Source: the human T2T-CHM13v2.0 reference genome, Homo sapiens
Assembly: GCF_009914755.1 (NCBI RefSeq)
Contig: NC_060947.1
Reading direction: 5' to 3' (one strand)
Length of the DNA: 64,000 nt
This document shows, in pieces, positions 1 to 16,194 of this stretch; position 1 is the stretch's first letter, and the number at the start of each line of letters is the position of its first letter. The translations under genes and the position numbers were made by a program. The notes beneath the pieces are model-generated. The model was not told where the DNA came from, did no database searches, and saw only the letters and a list, made by a program, of their open reading frames with translations.

Positions 1-66
1 AAGTGAGCCTCCCAACTCGGCCTCCCAAAGTGCCGGGATTACAGGTAGGAGCCACCACATCCAGCC
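1..66 (-). mobile_element. Alu (partial, window edge)
   Basis: cctcccaaagtgccgggattacagg..gagccacc. Confidence 0.9.
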
Positions 67-509
67 TGAAGAATGTTCTATCATACGCTTATCCATAAAT
101 AGATAAATGTATCCACCAATAGATGATGAACTGCACAAGAAAAATGGGATCCCCAATTCAACATGCTTCCTCAGAGAACCTTACAGCAAGACAGAAAATA
201 TTTTATTACAAAGTAAAATAAAAGACATAGTGAGTCAGTTCTCTTAAATTCCTCCTCCACATTCAGAAAGGCATACAGGGTGATTCAAACAAAGATGAAC
301 GGCTACAGCATAGTTTCTAAGCTGCCCTCAAGTGCAGTGATTCATCTGAACTGGTGTCTTATTTACAGGAGAAGATTTGGCTTCATGAAGAAATATCTTC
401 CTGCATAAAATTCCTGCAACTAATCGCTCGTTGCTGAAAATGCCAGGGATGTGTTTGGTGTGCAAATTACTTGATAAAATTACTAAGACGGATTAAAATA
501 TTGCATCTG

Positions 510-830
<321 letters not shown>

Positions 831-1840
831 CTAGCCAAACTATATTAAAAATGATTCCACTTATCAAAAATAATACTTACTTACACATACTTTCTCAACA
901 ATGCATACCAGATGGAGAAAGGTTATTCCTACGTGTGGAATCTTTTTCAGGGAAAGTAGGGGCAGCTGGGGACAGGATGTAATGAAATTGTTCACTGATT
1001 ATATGACAAAAATCCATCAAATGGAAGCTTTTTTGTTCTTTAAGTAAATTTTACAATTGAGGGGTCTCTATTAGAGAAAGGTTCTATTTTTGTGGCTTAT
1101 CAACTAGGGGTCCTTCATACTAAAGCAAACCAAGTCTTTACATCATTTTAAAGATTTCCTGGAGAGACACAATTTGTAAGATGTTATGGGCGAGTCAGCT
1201 AAAATGTAAGCCCCAGAGTAGAGCAGAGAAACAAAAAGAAGTAAACACATTCAGGAACATCTTATGATTTTTAAAACCCGCAACTGGATTTCATGAGCGT
1301 TTATGAAGTTGGTAAAGTTACACGCTCTCATGTTAATACAAACCAGTCACCACTGTGAAAGCGTTCATCACACACTGAGAGGTGAAGCCATGCCATGGAG
1401 ACAGGTTATCTTCTCGAGGTCATAGCCACCTATTCCTCTATCATTTTGTTGTCTATTATTTCAATTTGTATCCAGCTTTCCTCTTGGTACATCCATGTAA
1501 ACACCTGCCCAGGATGGAGGGCTCTCATTCACCACGTCTTTCAGCAGGTTGGTTCCTCTCCCCAGTCAGCAATTGTGACATTTGGTGTCTGTTTCGAATG
1601 GTGTTGGTTAGCCAATTGGCTTTCCACTTCACATAACTGGGAAGACTACAGGAAAATTACGGGAATGGAAATCAAAATGGGAAAAACAAGCTATGTCAAT
1701 GAATAGACACATCACTGACAATATTTTGCTTCACTGGTATGTTTCTTGCTCGTGTGTTACAGGAAGAAAGATCTAATTGAAGCCATATAACCGAGCAATT
1801 TAGAATTGAGGAGTAACTGAAAGCTCTTTTTAATCCATAC

Positions 1841-2070
1841 TTAAAAACTAATAATAGATTTTCAAAGGCTCAAGGAAATAACACAGTCAAAACCCTTTTT
1901 CAGTCATCTTAAATTAAAGCTTAGCAAATTTCATGAGGGATTCTAAAAAATATTATTATTATTTAAAAACTAATAATAGACCTTCAAAGGCTCAAAGAAG
2001 TAATAGACTCAAAATCCTTTTCCAGTCATCTTCAATTAAGCTTAGCAAATTTCCTATGAGGGCATATTTC
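1841..2070. repeat. diverged tandem duplication, 2 x about 122 bp
   Basis: ttaaaaactaataataga..tcaaaggctcaa..cagtcatctt..aagcttagcaaattt..atgaggg occurs at about 1841 and 1963. Confidence 0.9.
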
Positions 2071-2487
2071 TTCTTCTTATTTTTTAACCAAAGGAGACCT
2101 AAAGAGACTTTTGAAAATACTTGTTAATTATTCTAAGGAAGCTCGCCTGTCACTCAGGGTTTCTGGAACAGGGACCAGAGGAGCTGAGCTTCTCGAATGT
2201 TCAGGCACACACAAACCACCTAGCGGTCTTATTTAGACGTGCAGGTTCTGACGCAGAACATGGATTCTGGACTGTCATGCTGATGCCTCTGACGGTCACA
2301 TGCTGACCTGGAGTCACAGGCATGGCTGTGTTTATTTCGCTGACCCTTGCAATCAATCCCCTTTGCTCTGCTTCACTGCTGACCTCTGTGTGCATGAGGT
2401 TAAGCCCCACTCAGTAAACGCAGCCTCACCTGGATGTGGGGTCGAGTCAGTCTCATTTTTTGGTAATTACTAAATATAAAGATATAC

Positions 2488-2510
2488 CTTCCAGATGTGA
2501 GCTCCTGTCC
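2488..2510 (-). other. PRKX: PRKX 3' UTR part of exon 8, ending at a 5' splice site (3'-UTR intron; last exon outside window)
   Basis: 23 nt after TGA the minus strand reads ...CTGGAAG|gtatat, and repeat-rich intron-like sequence follows. Confidence 0.7.
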
Positions 2511-2636
2511 TCAGAAATTCTTGAAGATTTCTAAATCCTTCTGCGGCACGGGCGCGGCTGTGTCCCAGTCATTCTCAGGGTAAGTTTCGAAGTTGGAAGT
2601 GTCGCCGTCACCAGCTATCTTGGGCACGATGGGAGG
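2511..2636 (-). CDS. PRKX: PRKX last coding exon (probably exon 8), AGC-kinase C-terminal tail and TGA stop
   Basis: gtctcacag|CCT CCC ATC...AAT TTC TGA. Translates PPIVPKIAGDGDTSNFETYPENDWDTAAPVPQKDLEIFKNF*, with a terminal FxxF motif as in PKA-C. Branch-point-like TTCTAAC lies about 32 nt upstream. Confidence 0.97.
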   Translation of the reverse strand, partial: PPIVPKIAGDGDTSNFETYPENDWDTAAPVPQKDLEIFKNF

Positions 2637-2815
2637 CTGTGAGACATGGCCGAAGCACAAAGGCATGGTTAGAAAGGGACGGGACACTTGGATGCTGCAC
2701 ACACCGCTTTATTTCTGTCACTGTACCTAAAAATGAAAATGATTTGCAAAACACTAAAGCTGTCTTCCCTTCATTTATGAACGCGGCAATCTTTGAATTA
2801 AAATATTGTGAATGA

Positions 2816-3111
2816 GGCTGCGTGTGGGGACTCACACCTGTAATCCCAACACTTTAAGAAGGTGAGGCGGGAGGGTTGCTTGAGCCTCAGAAGTTTGAGA
2901 CCAGCCTGGGGAACACAGGGAGTCCCCTGTCTCTACAAAAAATACAACTAGCCGGGTGTGGTGCTGTGTGCCTGCAGTCTCAGCTACTCAGTAGGCTGAG
3001 GTGGGAGGACTGCTTGAGCCCAGGAGGTCGATACTCCAAGTGAGCCATGATTGCACCACTGCATTCCAGCCTGAATGACTGAGTGAGATCCTGTCTCAAA
3101 ATATATATATA
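2816..3111 (+). mobile_element. AluJ
   Basis: Diverged dimer. Confidence 0.92.
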
Positions 3112-3181
3112 TAGTATTAAGTAAGCTATGGTACAGTCATGTGATGGAATACAATGCAGTATTTTTTAAAATGAGGAAGCT

Positions 3182-3535
<354 letters not shown>

Positions 3536-3864
3536 TCAAGTGCAAAAAGCAAGACTATAATAATGTACATACTACGCTACTCTAGATTTGTATAAATGAG
3601 TGGCAAAAATAAGAATGCATGTATCCATGTGGGTTTTTATTAGCACAAAGAAACTCTAGAAGGATACACAGAAAAACAATAAAAGGTGATTACCTACAGG
3701 TGGCTTGGAGGGGGTAAGAGGGAGACTTGGCAATATATCTGTTTTAATATTGACTTGGTTTTTGACCAATGTGGATAGATAAAACGTATTCAAATTGTTT
3801 TTTTAATGCAATTTAATACAATAAAGTATTTGAAAAGGTAAAACTTTGAACAAAATGATGCATC

Positions 3865-4156
3865 AGCCCAGGCCCAGTGGCTGACACCTGTAATCCCAGC
3901 ACTTTGGGAGGCCGAGGAGAGTGGATCATTTGAGGTCATGAGTTCGAAACCAGCCTGGCCAACATAGTGAAACCCCATCTCTTCTAAAAACACACAAAAA
4001 AATTAGCTGGATGTGGTGGCGCACACCTGTAATCCCAGCTACTTGGGAGGCTGAGGCAGAAGAATCACTTGAATCCAAGAGGTGGAGGTTGCAGTGAGTT
4101 GAGATCACTCCACTGCACTACACCCCGAGCCTGAGCGACAAAGTGAGACTCCATCT

Positions 4157-4199
<43 letters not shown>
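3865..4199 (+). mobile_element. AluS with about 42-nt poly(A)
   Basis: Full dimer. Confidence 0.95.
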
Positions 4200-4201
<2 letters not shown>

Positions 4202-4344
4202 AGCGTATCATCCCAGGCTCCAGCCCCAGAAACTCTGGTCTGAGCTGAGGACTAGGAATAAGCATTTCTAAGCATTCTCCATTCTTTTAACTCTGAAGTG
4301 CAAAGGTGAAAACACTACCATTGACCACTCCCATCAGTAACATA

Positions 4345-5640
<1,296 letters not shown>

Positions 5641-6136
5641 AAAAAGCCAGATGTTTAAAAATAGGCAGTTTGGCCAGAAACGTTCCAAAGAATATTCTCC
5701 ATGTAATACACCACCATCACTGAACGATGACCATGGTGCTAGACGCTTGCTTATCTCTGTAATCCTGTTGACCGCTTTCCACTAAAGAGGAGGGAGTAGG
5801 GTTTAGCAGTCACAGAGCTAGTCAGGAATCAGGCCAGGTCTCCTAAAATCTGCTTCAAAATCTGGGATAAGTGTCCATCCAGGGATGAATGGACAAAGAA
5901 CATGTGGTATATGACTGGGTGTGGTGGCTCCTGCCTTTGTGGGAGCTAGGTAGATGGTTAGCACTAAGACACTCAAAGAGTGGGGAACTTGGCTTATGAA
6001 CAGTTTTAGACAAATAGTTGTATTATATAAATTAATCACATGTCAGCCATCAATAAAGAAGTCCCAGGATTCAGAGGCAGTCCCTGCTAATGGAAGAGCT
6101 CGGGCATACTGAGTCACCCACTGATATGTGTTGTAC

Positions 6137-6214
6137 CTTCAGTTTTCTCTGCGGAACAGCTTCCCAGTCCACGGAGCGGAACCACCGATGATGCTTCACA
6201 TCATTCGCCCCGTT
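6137..6214 (-). CDS. PRKX: PRKX coding exon (probably exon 7), 78 nt
   Basis: tttcttttgaag|AAC GGG GCG...CTG AAG|gtacaa. Translates NGANDVKHHRWFRSVDWEAVPQRKLK. Confidence 0.96.
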
Positions 6215-7264
6215 CTTCAAAAGAAACAACACATGTCGTCAGTGTACAGAATTTTGACAGGGCAGGAAAGAAAAATACCCCAAAGAATCTCTACATTATT
6301 TTAGTATTGAAACAAACAGACCAAGTTTGCTGCATTTTGGAGAACTGTGCCTGGAGGGTGAGCTGCCAGGAAAACCTGCAAGCAAAGCTGTTAGTGTTTT
6401 GTTTGCCCTTTTTTGCCGCAGAAACAAATCCAGTCATTCTGCTCCTGTGCAATGCATTTGCATTCCGGACCAAAGACGAAAAAGGTAAATACGATTCCAT
6501 CTCTCGACATAAAATTGGACAGCCAGTAGTTTCTCAGTTTGTCTCCTGTTTTCATCTTGGCAAACTTACTCAGTATTTTACAGACATAGAAACTAGGGTT
6601 CAAGGAATGATGTTAATTTGCTCCGTAGGACCCAGCAAGTAAATAACAAGACTGGGAACTCAAACCAAGGATGTCCAGTTTAAGAGACCTTAGGAACGAC
6701 ATTGCACGGCCTGGCAATTAACAAGGTGCGTTCAAGTCGGCCTGCTTCATGCTCAAGGGTAGCACCAGGCATCGCTGGCTCACACTGTGGCCATCACGAC
6801 CTCTGAAATCCCTCCCAAGTGCTCATCCGTAAACCTCACTCTGCTTCCTTTTCTTATACTTGTAGTGATGTCGTTATCAATTAAATGTGGGACAGCAGAA
6901 GAAATAAACGTAGGTTCCATGAAACAGAAGCCAGTACATCTGAATTTAACGCGTCTATCAGTTAGCATTACTGTAGTTTCAAATTTCTTATCCTTAAAGA
7001 GGAATACGTCCACAACCATATCTTCAAAAGGAAACAGTAATGTGAATTTTTTCTATTGTTTTCCCATCCAGTTGTTTTGACAACTTTTTCTTTTCTTATT
7101 GCAAAACAGGTATTTTTGATCTATAGCTAAGTCAGGCAACAAACAATAGCTGTTGAGTTTTCCCTTCAGCAATGTTGTGAATAAGAATAAATAAGAGTGC
7201 TGTGAATAAGAGAATAAAATAAATTTTATCCATCAGATAAAATTCTAATTTGGATACTAAAGGA

Positions 7265-7690
7265 TGTGTGTGTCTGTATATACTCACATGCATACATAGT
7301 AATATATACACACACACATACATATATACACACATAGATTGATATATACATACTTATACACATACACACATTAATATATACACATACTTATAGACATACA
7401 CACGTTAATATATACATACTTATACACATATACACGTTAATATATACACACATATATTTATATATACACATACTTATATACATACACACGTTAATATATA
7501 CACATTAAATATACACATACTTATATACATACACGTTAATATATACACATGTATTATATATATATATATATACACATATACATATGTACTTTACACACTT
7601 TATATGTAGAGTACAAAGTATATGTATATACCGAGATTCACATTAGTATCCAAACTAGTGTGTGTGTGTTATATAAAGTGTGTGTGAGGG
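7265..7690. repeat. (TA/CA)-rich compound microsatellite/minisatellite
   Basis: Repeated tatatacacatacttatacacatacacacgttaa-type units. Confidence 0.9.
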
Positions 7691-8014
<324 letters not shown>

Positions 8015-8017
8015 CTA

Positions 8018-8275
8018 CAGTCATGAGCCTCAAAATGATGCTTCAGTCAACAATGGATGACATATACAGTGTTGCTCCTGTAAGATTATAATGATCTTAA
8101 AAACTCCTATCCCCTAGTGACGCCATGGCCATTGTAACCACAGGACAATGCATCCCTCCTGTTACGCTGCCAGGCGTGTAACAGTCTAACACATACGTTA
8201 CCTACGGCACCTAATACTTGGTAATGATAATAAATGACTATGTCCCTGGTTTATCTATTTACTATACTCTATGTT
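8018..8275. mobile_element. TcMar-Tigger fragment (Tigger3/MER47-like)
   Basis: TA|cagtcatgagcc...cagtcaacaatgga...taagattataatg. Confidence 0.75.
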
Positions 8276-8411
8276 CTTTTTGGGGGGGCGGGGCAATGGA
8301 CAGAGTTTCACTCCATCATCCAGGCTGGAGGGCATGGCGCCATCTTGGCTCACTGCAACCTCCGCCTTGCTGTGTCTCAAAAAAAAAAAAAAAAAAAGAG
8401 AGAGAGAGAGA

Positions 8412-8970
8412 GAAATAAGCCAGGCACAGATAGACAAATACAGTCTGACCTCACTTACATGGGAAATCTAAAAAAGTTGAACTCATAGAAGCAGAGAGTA
8501 GAATGGTGGATACCAGGGGCTGGGAAGGGGCTGAGATGGGAAGTCATTGGTCAAAAGAGACAAAGTGAGAGAGACAGGAGGAACAAGTTCAGTCAGTGGC
8601 TTGCACAGCTCGGTGACTATAACTAATGATGTATTCTCAAGAATCTCTGGAAGAGTAGATCTTGCTGGGTGCAGTGGCTCTTGCCTGTAATCCTAGCACT
8701 TTGTGAGGCCAAGGTGGGCGGATCACTTGAGCTCAGGAGCTCGAGACCAGCCTGGGCAACACATCAAGACCCCAACTCTTAAAAACAATTTTTTTCTAAG
8801 AGTAGATCTTAAGTGTTCTCACCACAAATAAATGGTAATTATGTGAGGTAAGGCATATGTTAATGAACTCAATGGACCCATTCCACAATGGGTACATATT
8901 TCAAAACTTCATGTTGTACATGCTAAATAATACCATTTTCATGTGTTAATTTAAAAAAAAAATAAAATAA
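8412..8970 (+). mobile_element. L1M 3' end with inserted Alu monomer (about 8664-8790)
   Basis: gaaataagccaggcacaga..gaactcatagaagcagagagtagaatggtgg. Confidence 0.8.
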
Positions 8971-9357
8971 AGTCAGTGTTTTCTTGAGTCTCTTTCAGTT
9001 TATCTCCATATCAGGAAGCTTTAACTAGACTTTAAGACCTAGCTTGGGAGTTTGTGAGCTTTTCCCCAATTCCTTTGATTGGGAAACTTGTTCTTCCCCC
9101 TTGGAAGGTACCTATGATGGTCACTACGCCATTCCCAGCAGATTCTAGATATGGGTCGTCTGTGATTCCCTGCAGTCCCAGCAAGAGACCCAGCTCTTTT
9201 CTAAATGGCTGTGGCATTAAAACAGGACTCGTCCAATCTTATGAAGAGCCGTGGCACAGATGAGTCCACACCGTGCAACCTGGCTGGATAGGCTCCTCGG
9301 AGACCTGAAGGTATCCGTTGCTGTCTGCAAATAATGTAAAGGACAGAGGCTTGACTA

Positions 9358-10130
9358 CTGTTATAGGGTAAACAATGTCCCTCAAAAAGATATGTGCACA
9401 TCCTATCCCCCAGTGCCTGTGAATATCACTTTATTTGGAAATAGGGTCTTTGCAGATGTAACTAAATTAAGGTTCTTGAGATGACATCATCCTGGAGAAG
9501 GGTGGGCCCTAAATCCAGTGACAGGTGTCCTCATAAGAGACAGAGGAGGAGACACAAACATAGAGAAGGCCATGTGAAAATGGAGGTGGAGACTGCAGTA
9601 GTGTGGCCACAAGCCCAGGGATGCCTGGAGCCCCCAGGAGCTGGGAGAGGCAGGAAGGATCCCCCACTAGAGCCTCTAGCAGGAAGCAGACACAATTATC
9701 ACACATTGGGCAGTGGCCCTCAAAATATATGCCCATGTCCTGACTCCCAGTACCTGGGAATGGAACCCTACATGCAAATAGGGTCTTTGTAAATGTAATT
9801 AAGGGAAGGCTCTTGAGAAGAGATAATCCTGCATTAGGATGACCCTAAACCCAATGACAGGCATCCTTCTGAGAGACAGAAGAGGAGACACAGACACAGA
9901 GAAGGCCACGTGAAGAAAGACAGAGACTGGAGTGATGCGGCCATAAGCCCAGGGATGCCCGGAGCCCCCAGGGGCTGGGAGAGGCAGGAATGATCCTCCC
10001 CTAGAGCCTCTGGAGGCCTGAGACACCTTGATCTCAGACTCCTCGTCTCCAGGATGGGGAGAGCAGAAATTCCTGTTGTTTAAGCCCCTAGTTTGTGGTC
10101 AGTTCTTATGGCAGCTACTGGAGACTCGTA
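9358..10130 (+). mobile_element. tandemly duplicated MLT1-type MaLR LTR units (about 334 bp period)
   Basis: ggaaatagggtctttgcagatgta...gaaggccatgtga...aagcccagggatgcc occurs twice. Confidence 0.8.
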
Positions 10131-10439
10131 AACTACACAGAGGGCCCCAAGAGAGCCAAGTGGTTCAAGCCTCACACCCCGGTGTACTGTGTCTCTCCAG
10201 ACTGTAATTTACAGGGTCAAGACGTATATGGAAGTTCCTCCATGTATAAGTCCCTCTGAGGTTGTCCAGAGCTAGAAATGGCCAACAAAAAGTCCATGAA
10301 TTCTGTCAAATTCAGGGATGTCAAAACACGCATATCAGGTATGATACTACTTAAGGAATAGTCTGTTTGTCAATTATATACTTGCCTCCACACAAAAAGT
10401 TTGTGGAAATCATACCTGATGCACAACTTTTAAAATCAT

Positions 10440-11290
10440 CACCTGCGCACACAAAACACCTACTCTCATGTCCATGGCAGAACCATTCACAAAAGCCAAA
10501 AGGTGGAAACAGCCCAGATGTCCATCCATAGATGAATGGATAAACAAAACGAGGTCTGCCCACACAATCGAATACTATGCAGTCAGGAAAAGGAAGGAAG
10601 CTCTGACACGGGCTACAGCCTGGATGAACCTTGAAGACATCGTGCTCAGAGAAAGAAGCCAGAGGCAAAAGCTTACATTTTGTACAATTCCATTTTTAGC
10701 AGAGCCCAGAACACCGAACCCTACAGAGAAAGTCAGTAGATTAGTGGCTGCTTAGGGTAGGGGTCCCCAGCCCCTGGGCCACAAACTGGTAGTGGTCCAC
10801 GGCCTATGAGGAACCAAAATGGGCCGCACACCAGGAGGTGAGCAGCAGGCAGGTGAGCGAAGCTTCATCTGTACTGACAGCTGCTCCCCATGGCTGGCAT
10901 TAGCACCTGAGCTCCGCCTCCTGTCAGATCAGCAGTGGCATTAGATTCTCATAGGAGCACACACCCTATTGTGAACTGCGCAACTAAGGGATTTAGGTTG
11001 TGCGGTCTGTGGAAAAACTGTCTTCCACAAAACTGGCCCCTGGTGCCAAAAAGGTCGGGGACCGCTGGCTTAGGGCAAGAGAGGATGAAAGAATAGCACA
11101 GTGATAACTGAAGGGTGCAGGGTTTCTTTTTTTGAACTGATGAAGATGTTCTAAGATTAACCACAGGGGTGGCTGTACATAATCGTGTGTATACTAAAAG
11201 CCACCGAATTGCACATTTTAGATGGGTAAATGGCATGGCGTGTGAATTCACTCTCCGTAAAACTGTTTAAAAAATAAAATAAATAAGTAA
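10440..11290 (+). mobile_element. L1MB-type 3' fragment, host of MER1
   Basis: aggtggaaacagcccagatgtccatc..tggatgaaccttgaagacat. Confidence 0.8.
10758..11067 (+). mobile_element. MER1 (MER1B-like) hAT-Charlie MITE inserted in L1M
   Basis: TIRs taggggtcccc / ggggaccgctg; exact 8-bp TSD gcttaggg. Confidence 0.9.
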
Positions 11291-11590
11291 ACAAAATAAT
11301 GAGTAATAACTTATACATTGTTATTGCTCTATTAACCTTGCTTGAGGGGAGGGGAGATACAGTGTAGACCCAGTTTGACGTTGTGGGCCCAGAAACCGAG
11401 ATTTGATAGATCTTTCCTGGCAGTTTCAAGTAAAATTTAAAAAAATAAATAAAACACCAGATTTGAAATTTGGGCAGTGATTAAATACGACCGCTAAGCC
11501 TTGGTTTATACCTGCACATGCCAATGTGGGTGTTAGACAGCAGACACGCACATCGGGTACCACTGAATACCCACGGGATCAAATACTGAC

Positions 11591-11648
11591 CTTCATGTTT
11601 CCTAATCGCCTTGTTCTGTCAACCACGAGCAGTTTCTTAATGAGGTCT
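11591..11648 (-). CDS. PRKX: PRKX coding exon (probably exon 6), 58 nt
   Basis: ccccaacatag|A GAC CTC ATT...ATG AAG|gtcagt. Translates DLIKKLLVVDRTRRLGNMK. Confidence 0.96.
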
Positions 11649-12151
11649 CTATGTTGGGGAAGGAGACAAAAAAAAAAAAAGTACACAGATTATATATCAA
11701 CATCAGCAAACGCAGCATGGCAACAGAGATAAGATCTATCTGACATGAGGACCGCAGTTCAATTTCCACTTTGGCAAAACACTTTCTAGTGCTTATTTCC
11801 TACCATCACCGGCTCTTAAATCACCTATGCAAGGCTGGGTTGCCCCGTGCAAGGCTGAAGCTAAGGGAAGGGGGTTGATTACATCTTTGTAAAGAAAATA
11901 CACCTCTGAGTAGAAAAGGGTGAAATTTATATGTGCCTGCAGGGAGGATCCAGACACTTAACGTAAACATGCCTGTCAGGCTGTCCCTGCAAAATAGAAG
12001 ACATCTGCTTTCACCAACATCAACACTCACGTGCTGTCCTGGGGGTCTGCTTATTGATGGGATTCCTGTTTTAAAAGGCTGGCTTTCCCATAAGCACACA
12101 CATTAGGATGAGTCTCCTAAGTCTGCTTCTTCACTTATAATCTTCCTTTTA

Positions 12152-12532
<381 letters not shown>

Positions 12533-13140
12533 TTAGGATGGGTAGTTGGAGATGATGTTGAAGACTTCCAGGAGATTAGGTGAGTTCTAAAAGATGCATA
12601 TTTATGGAAGTAGAAATGATCATGTGTGTCTGTGTGTACACATAAAATACACAGAGTACATTATGTATAATAACATACATAATATGATATAATAATATAA
12701 TATATTGAAGTCCCCCAAAACAATCCAATACCCATGACCCCGGTGTAAGCGTCTAGGCTTTCCCAGCATAAACTATGCCCCAAGGTAAGTAGCACGAACT
12801 TGGACTGAGCCACTCCCGGGTTCTGTGACAGACTGTGGAGTCTCCGACAAGCCAGGTGACGTCCTAGGGTCAGACTCCACCATCTAGATTGTGAATCTCG
12901 CCAGTGCTGTCTGATCGGAAATTTTACAGTTTCCTGCCACCATGCTTTCTGAATTAGGATGGGATGCTTGTCAGACTTCACCGCTTCTCTGCCACAAAGT
13001 AAAACTCAGAGACCATCTGTCCGCCCACCTAAGGCTAGGATTTTGTATCCATCCTGTAAGGCTGAAAAGCTTTGAGCAGGATGGGGAATATAAAAATCAC
13101 CTAAAAGTTAGAAACCTTTCCACTACTTAGTGAGTTTCTC

Positions 13141-13478
13141 CTTCATTATTTTGACATGCTCCCCCCTGCCAAAAAAAATCAAGGTTATCAAACACTATAC
13201 CCCCAAAACATTCCCAAATAAATGTGGGGCTTCGTCCCCCACGTGATTTACACCACTGCCTGCCCCCTTACCACACACACTTAAAGCTCACTGGAGTGCA
13301 ATTATAAGACAGGTTTATTTATGCTTTTATATTTTAGATAAACCTTTGTTTTCTTATAATCCCAGTCCAATCAGCTTTAAGTGTATACGCTAATGGGGCA
13401 GGCAGTGGTGTAAATTATAGGGGGAAAAAAAGCCCTATGTTTATTTCAGAATGTTTTGGTGATCACCTGATAAATTTC

Positions 13479-13512
<34 letters not shown>

Positions 13513-13590
13513 ATGTAAGAAAACAAAATGTTTGATGACCTTGAATTTTTTTTTAAATTTTTTTGGTGTTTGGCATGTAAGAAAATGAAG
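13141..13590. repeat. long imperfect inverted repeat (palindromic MITE-like element) with inserted (TG)n
   Basis: Left arm caaaacattcccaaataaa...tttacaccactgcctgcccc...aggtttattta is the reverse complement of right arm tagataaacct...ggggcaggcagtggtgtaaa...tttatttcagaatgttttg. Loop at 13322-13334. Confidence 0.85.
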
Positions 13591-13607
13591 ATTTATTTAA
13601 AATACAG

Positions 13608-13895
<288 letters not shown>

Positions 13896-14403
13896 AAAAT
13901 ACCAAAGCAAACTCTTATAAAGCAGTCTAGAAAGTAAAGAGTATGGATGAGAAGAGGCCCCTGAAGATGCAAAGCCCTATAAAGGAACGACAGAAGTGTC
14001 CACAGCTGTAGATGGGTCCCTTGACCCCGGGATAAGCGACACATCTGCCGGCACTCTTTTGATGCACTGTAGCCAAAATTCTACATTTTATTTACGATCC
14101 TGGCACCAGCTGGCTCCTCTCAGATGCAGGTACTTTCAGGTGTTGTAAAAAACACCGGCAGATAATACCTCTACTGAATTGGCAACAAGTCCCAAAGCTT
14201 TGTTTTGGTGTTTTGTTTTAAATGATATTTATTTCTATAAGGAATGTCAATCCTGATGTGCCATTTGCCCAGGCGACATGTTTACCTGGTCAAATGATAA
14301 AAGTTGCAGGAACCAACATATGACTTTAAAAAGCAGAGAATCAAAATTCTAGCATCATGGACAACCAGGGACAGTGATTTGGATAAGAAAAATGCCTCAT
14401 TAA

Positions 14404-14537
14404 GGCCAGGTGCAGTGGTTCACGCCTGTAATCCCAACACTTGGGGAGGACAAGGCAGGAGGATCAGTTGAGCCCAGGAGTTCAAAAGCAGCCTAGGCAA
14501 TGCAGCAAGATCCCCATACCCATCTCTACCAAAAAAA
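14404..14537 (+). mobile_element. FLAM/Alu left monomer
   Basis: Monomer with A tail. Confidence 0.88.
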
Positions 14538-14739
14538 GGAAAGATATGAGTCATTGAGGTCTTGCTTCTCAGCCAATTTGATAAGATTTAACAAATAATG
14601 GGAAGAAGTGAACTGTCAGTTCACTTCTATCTATCACTGTTTCTGCTCTTGGGGAACCCACACTGGGTATGTAAAGAAACAGGGGCACTGTGGGGAACAC
14701 TGGAAGGGGCTGGGAGCTGCATAAAGAGAGGCATGTTAG

Positions 14740-15250
<511 letters not shown>

Positions 15251-15878
15251 AAACTCGATCATAAAAGTGCTTTGCCATCCACTTAATATAATGTCACTCA
15301 ACTCAGATGGGATTTGGGGCCTGAGAGAGAGGTTCTATATAATCCTTTCTATTTCCTTCCAGAGCAGTCGGCTTCTGAGGTGCTGTTTCCCCTGACACCT
15401 CCCTGTCTTACCATTCACTGGACAGGGTGTCCCTTCTAGGCGACTCATTGTTAAGCGGAGCCTCGTTTTCTTGCTAAAGTCTTTTAAAGCCTGCCTCTTA
15501 GTGTGTCAAACACAACACATGCTCAAGCCAATAAAACACGACCTTATCTTCTGTTCAGACTAAGAACCTCTGGTTAGGATGGGGTGCGTTCACCACCAAG
15601 AAACTCAACTGAACGTAGCCAGTGGCCCCATAAGGGGCATATTCAAAACAACCTGCTCCATCGCCCTGAAATAAGTCTTCTCTGAACTGAACTTCCACCG
15701 GCTCATAAGAAAATAGACCATGGAAAAGAAAAGTTTAATTCTCAACTAGATGCATTTAGCTCTAGTTTGTGCCCAGGGGGCTGGTGCACCCATCAACTCA
15801 TCTGAAAAATACAGTGAAACAAACAGAAATCAGTGCTTATTACAGTAAAAATGGCTACCAGTTGACCAGATTGGGTAA

Positions 15879-16194
<316 letters not shown>

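Noticed and set aside
2140-2300. MER5-like fragments here and at about 4205-4325
   Set aside because: Resemblance too weak to call without a profile search.
2637-2702. N-terminal part of ORF 2511..2702 (MCSIQVSRPF...)
   Set aside because: Intronic read-through upstream of the cag acceptor at 2637-2639.
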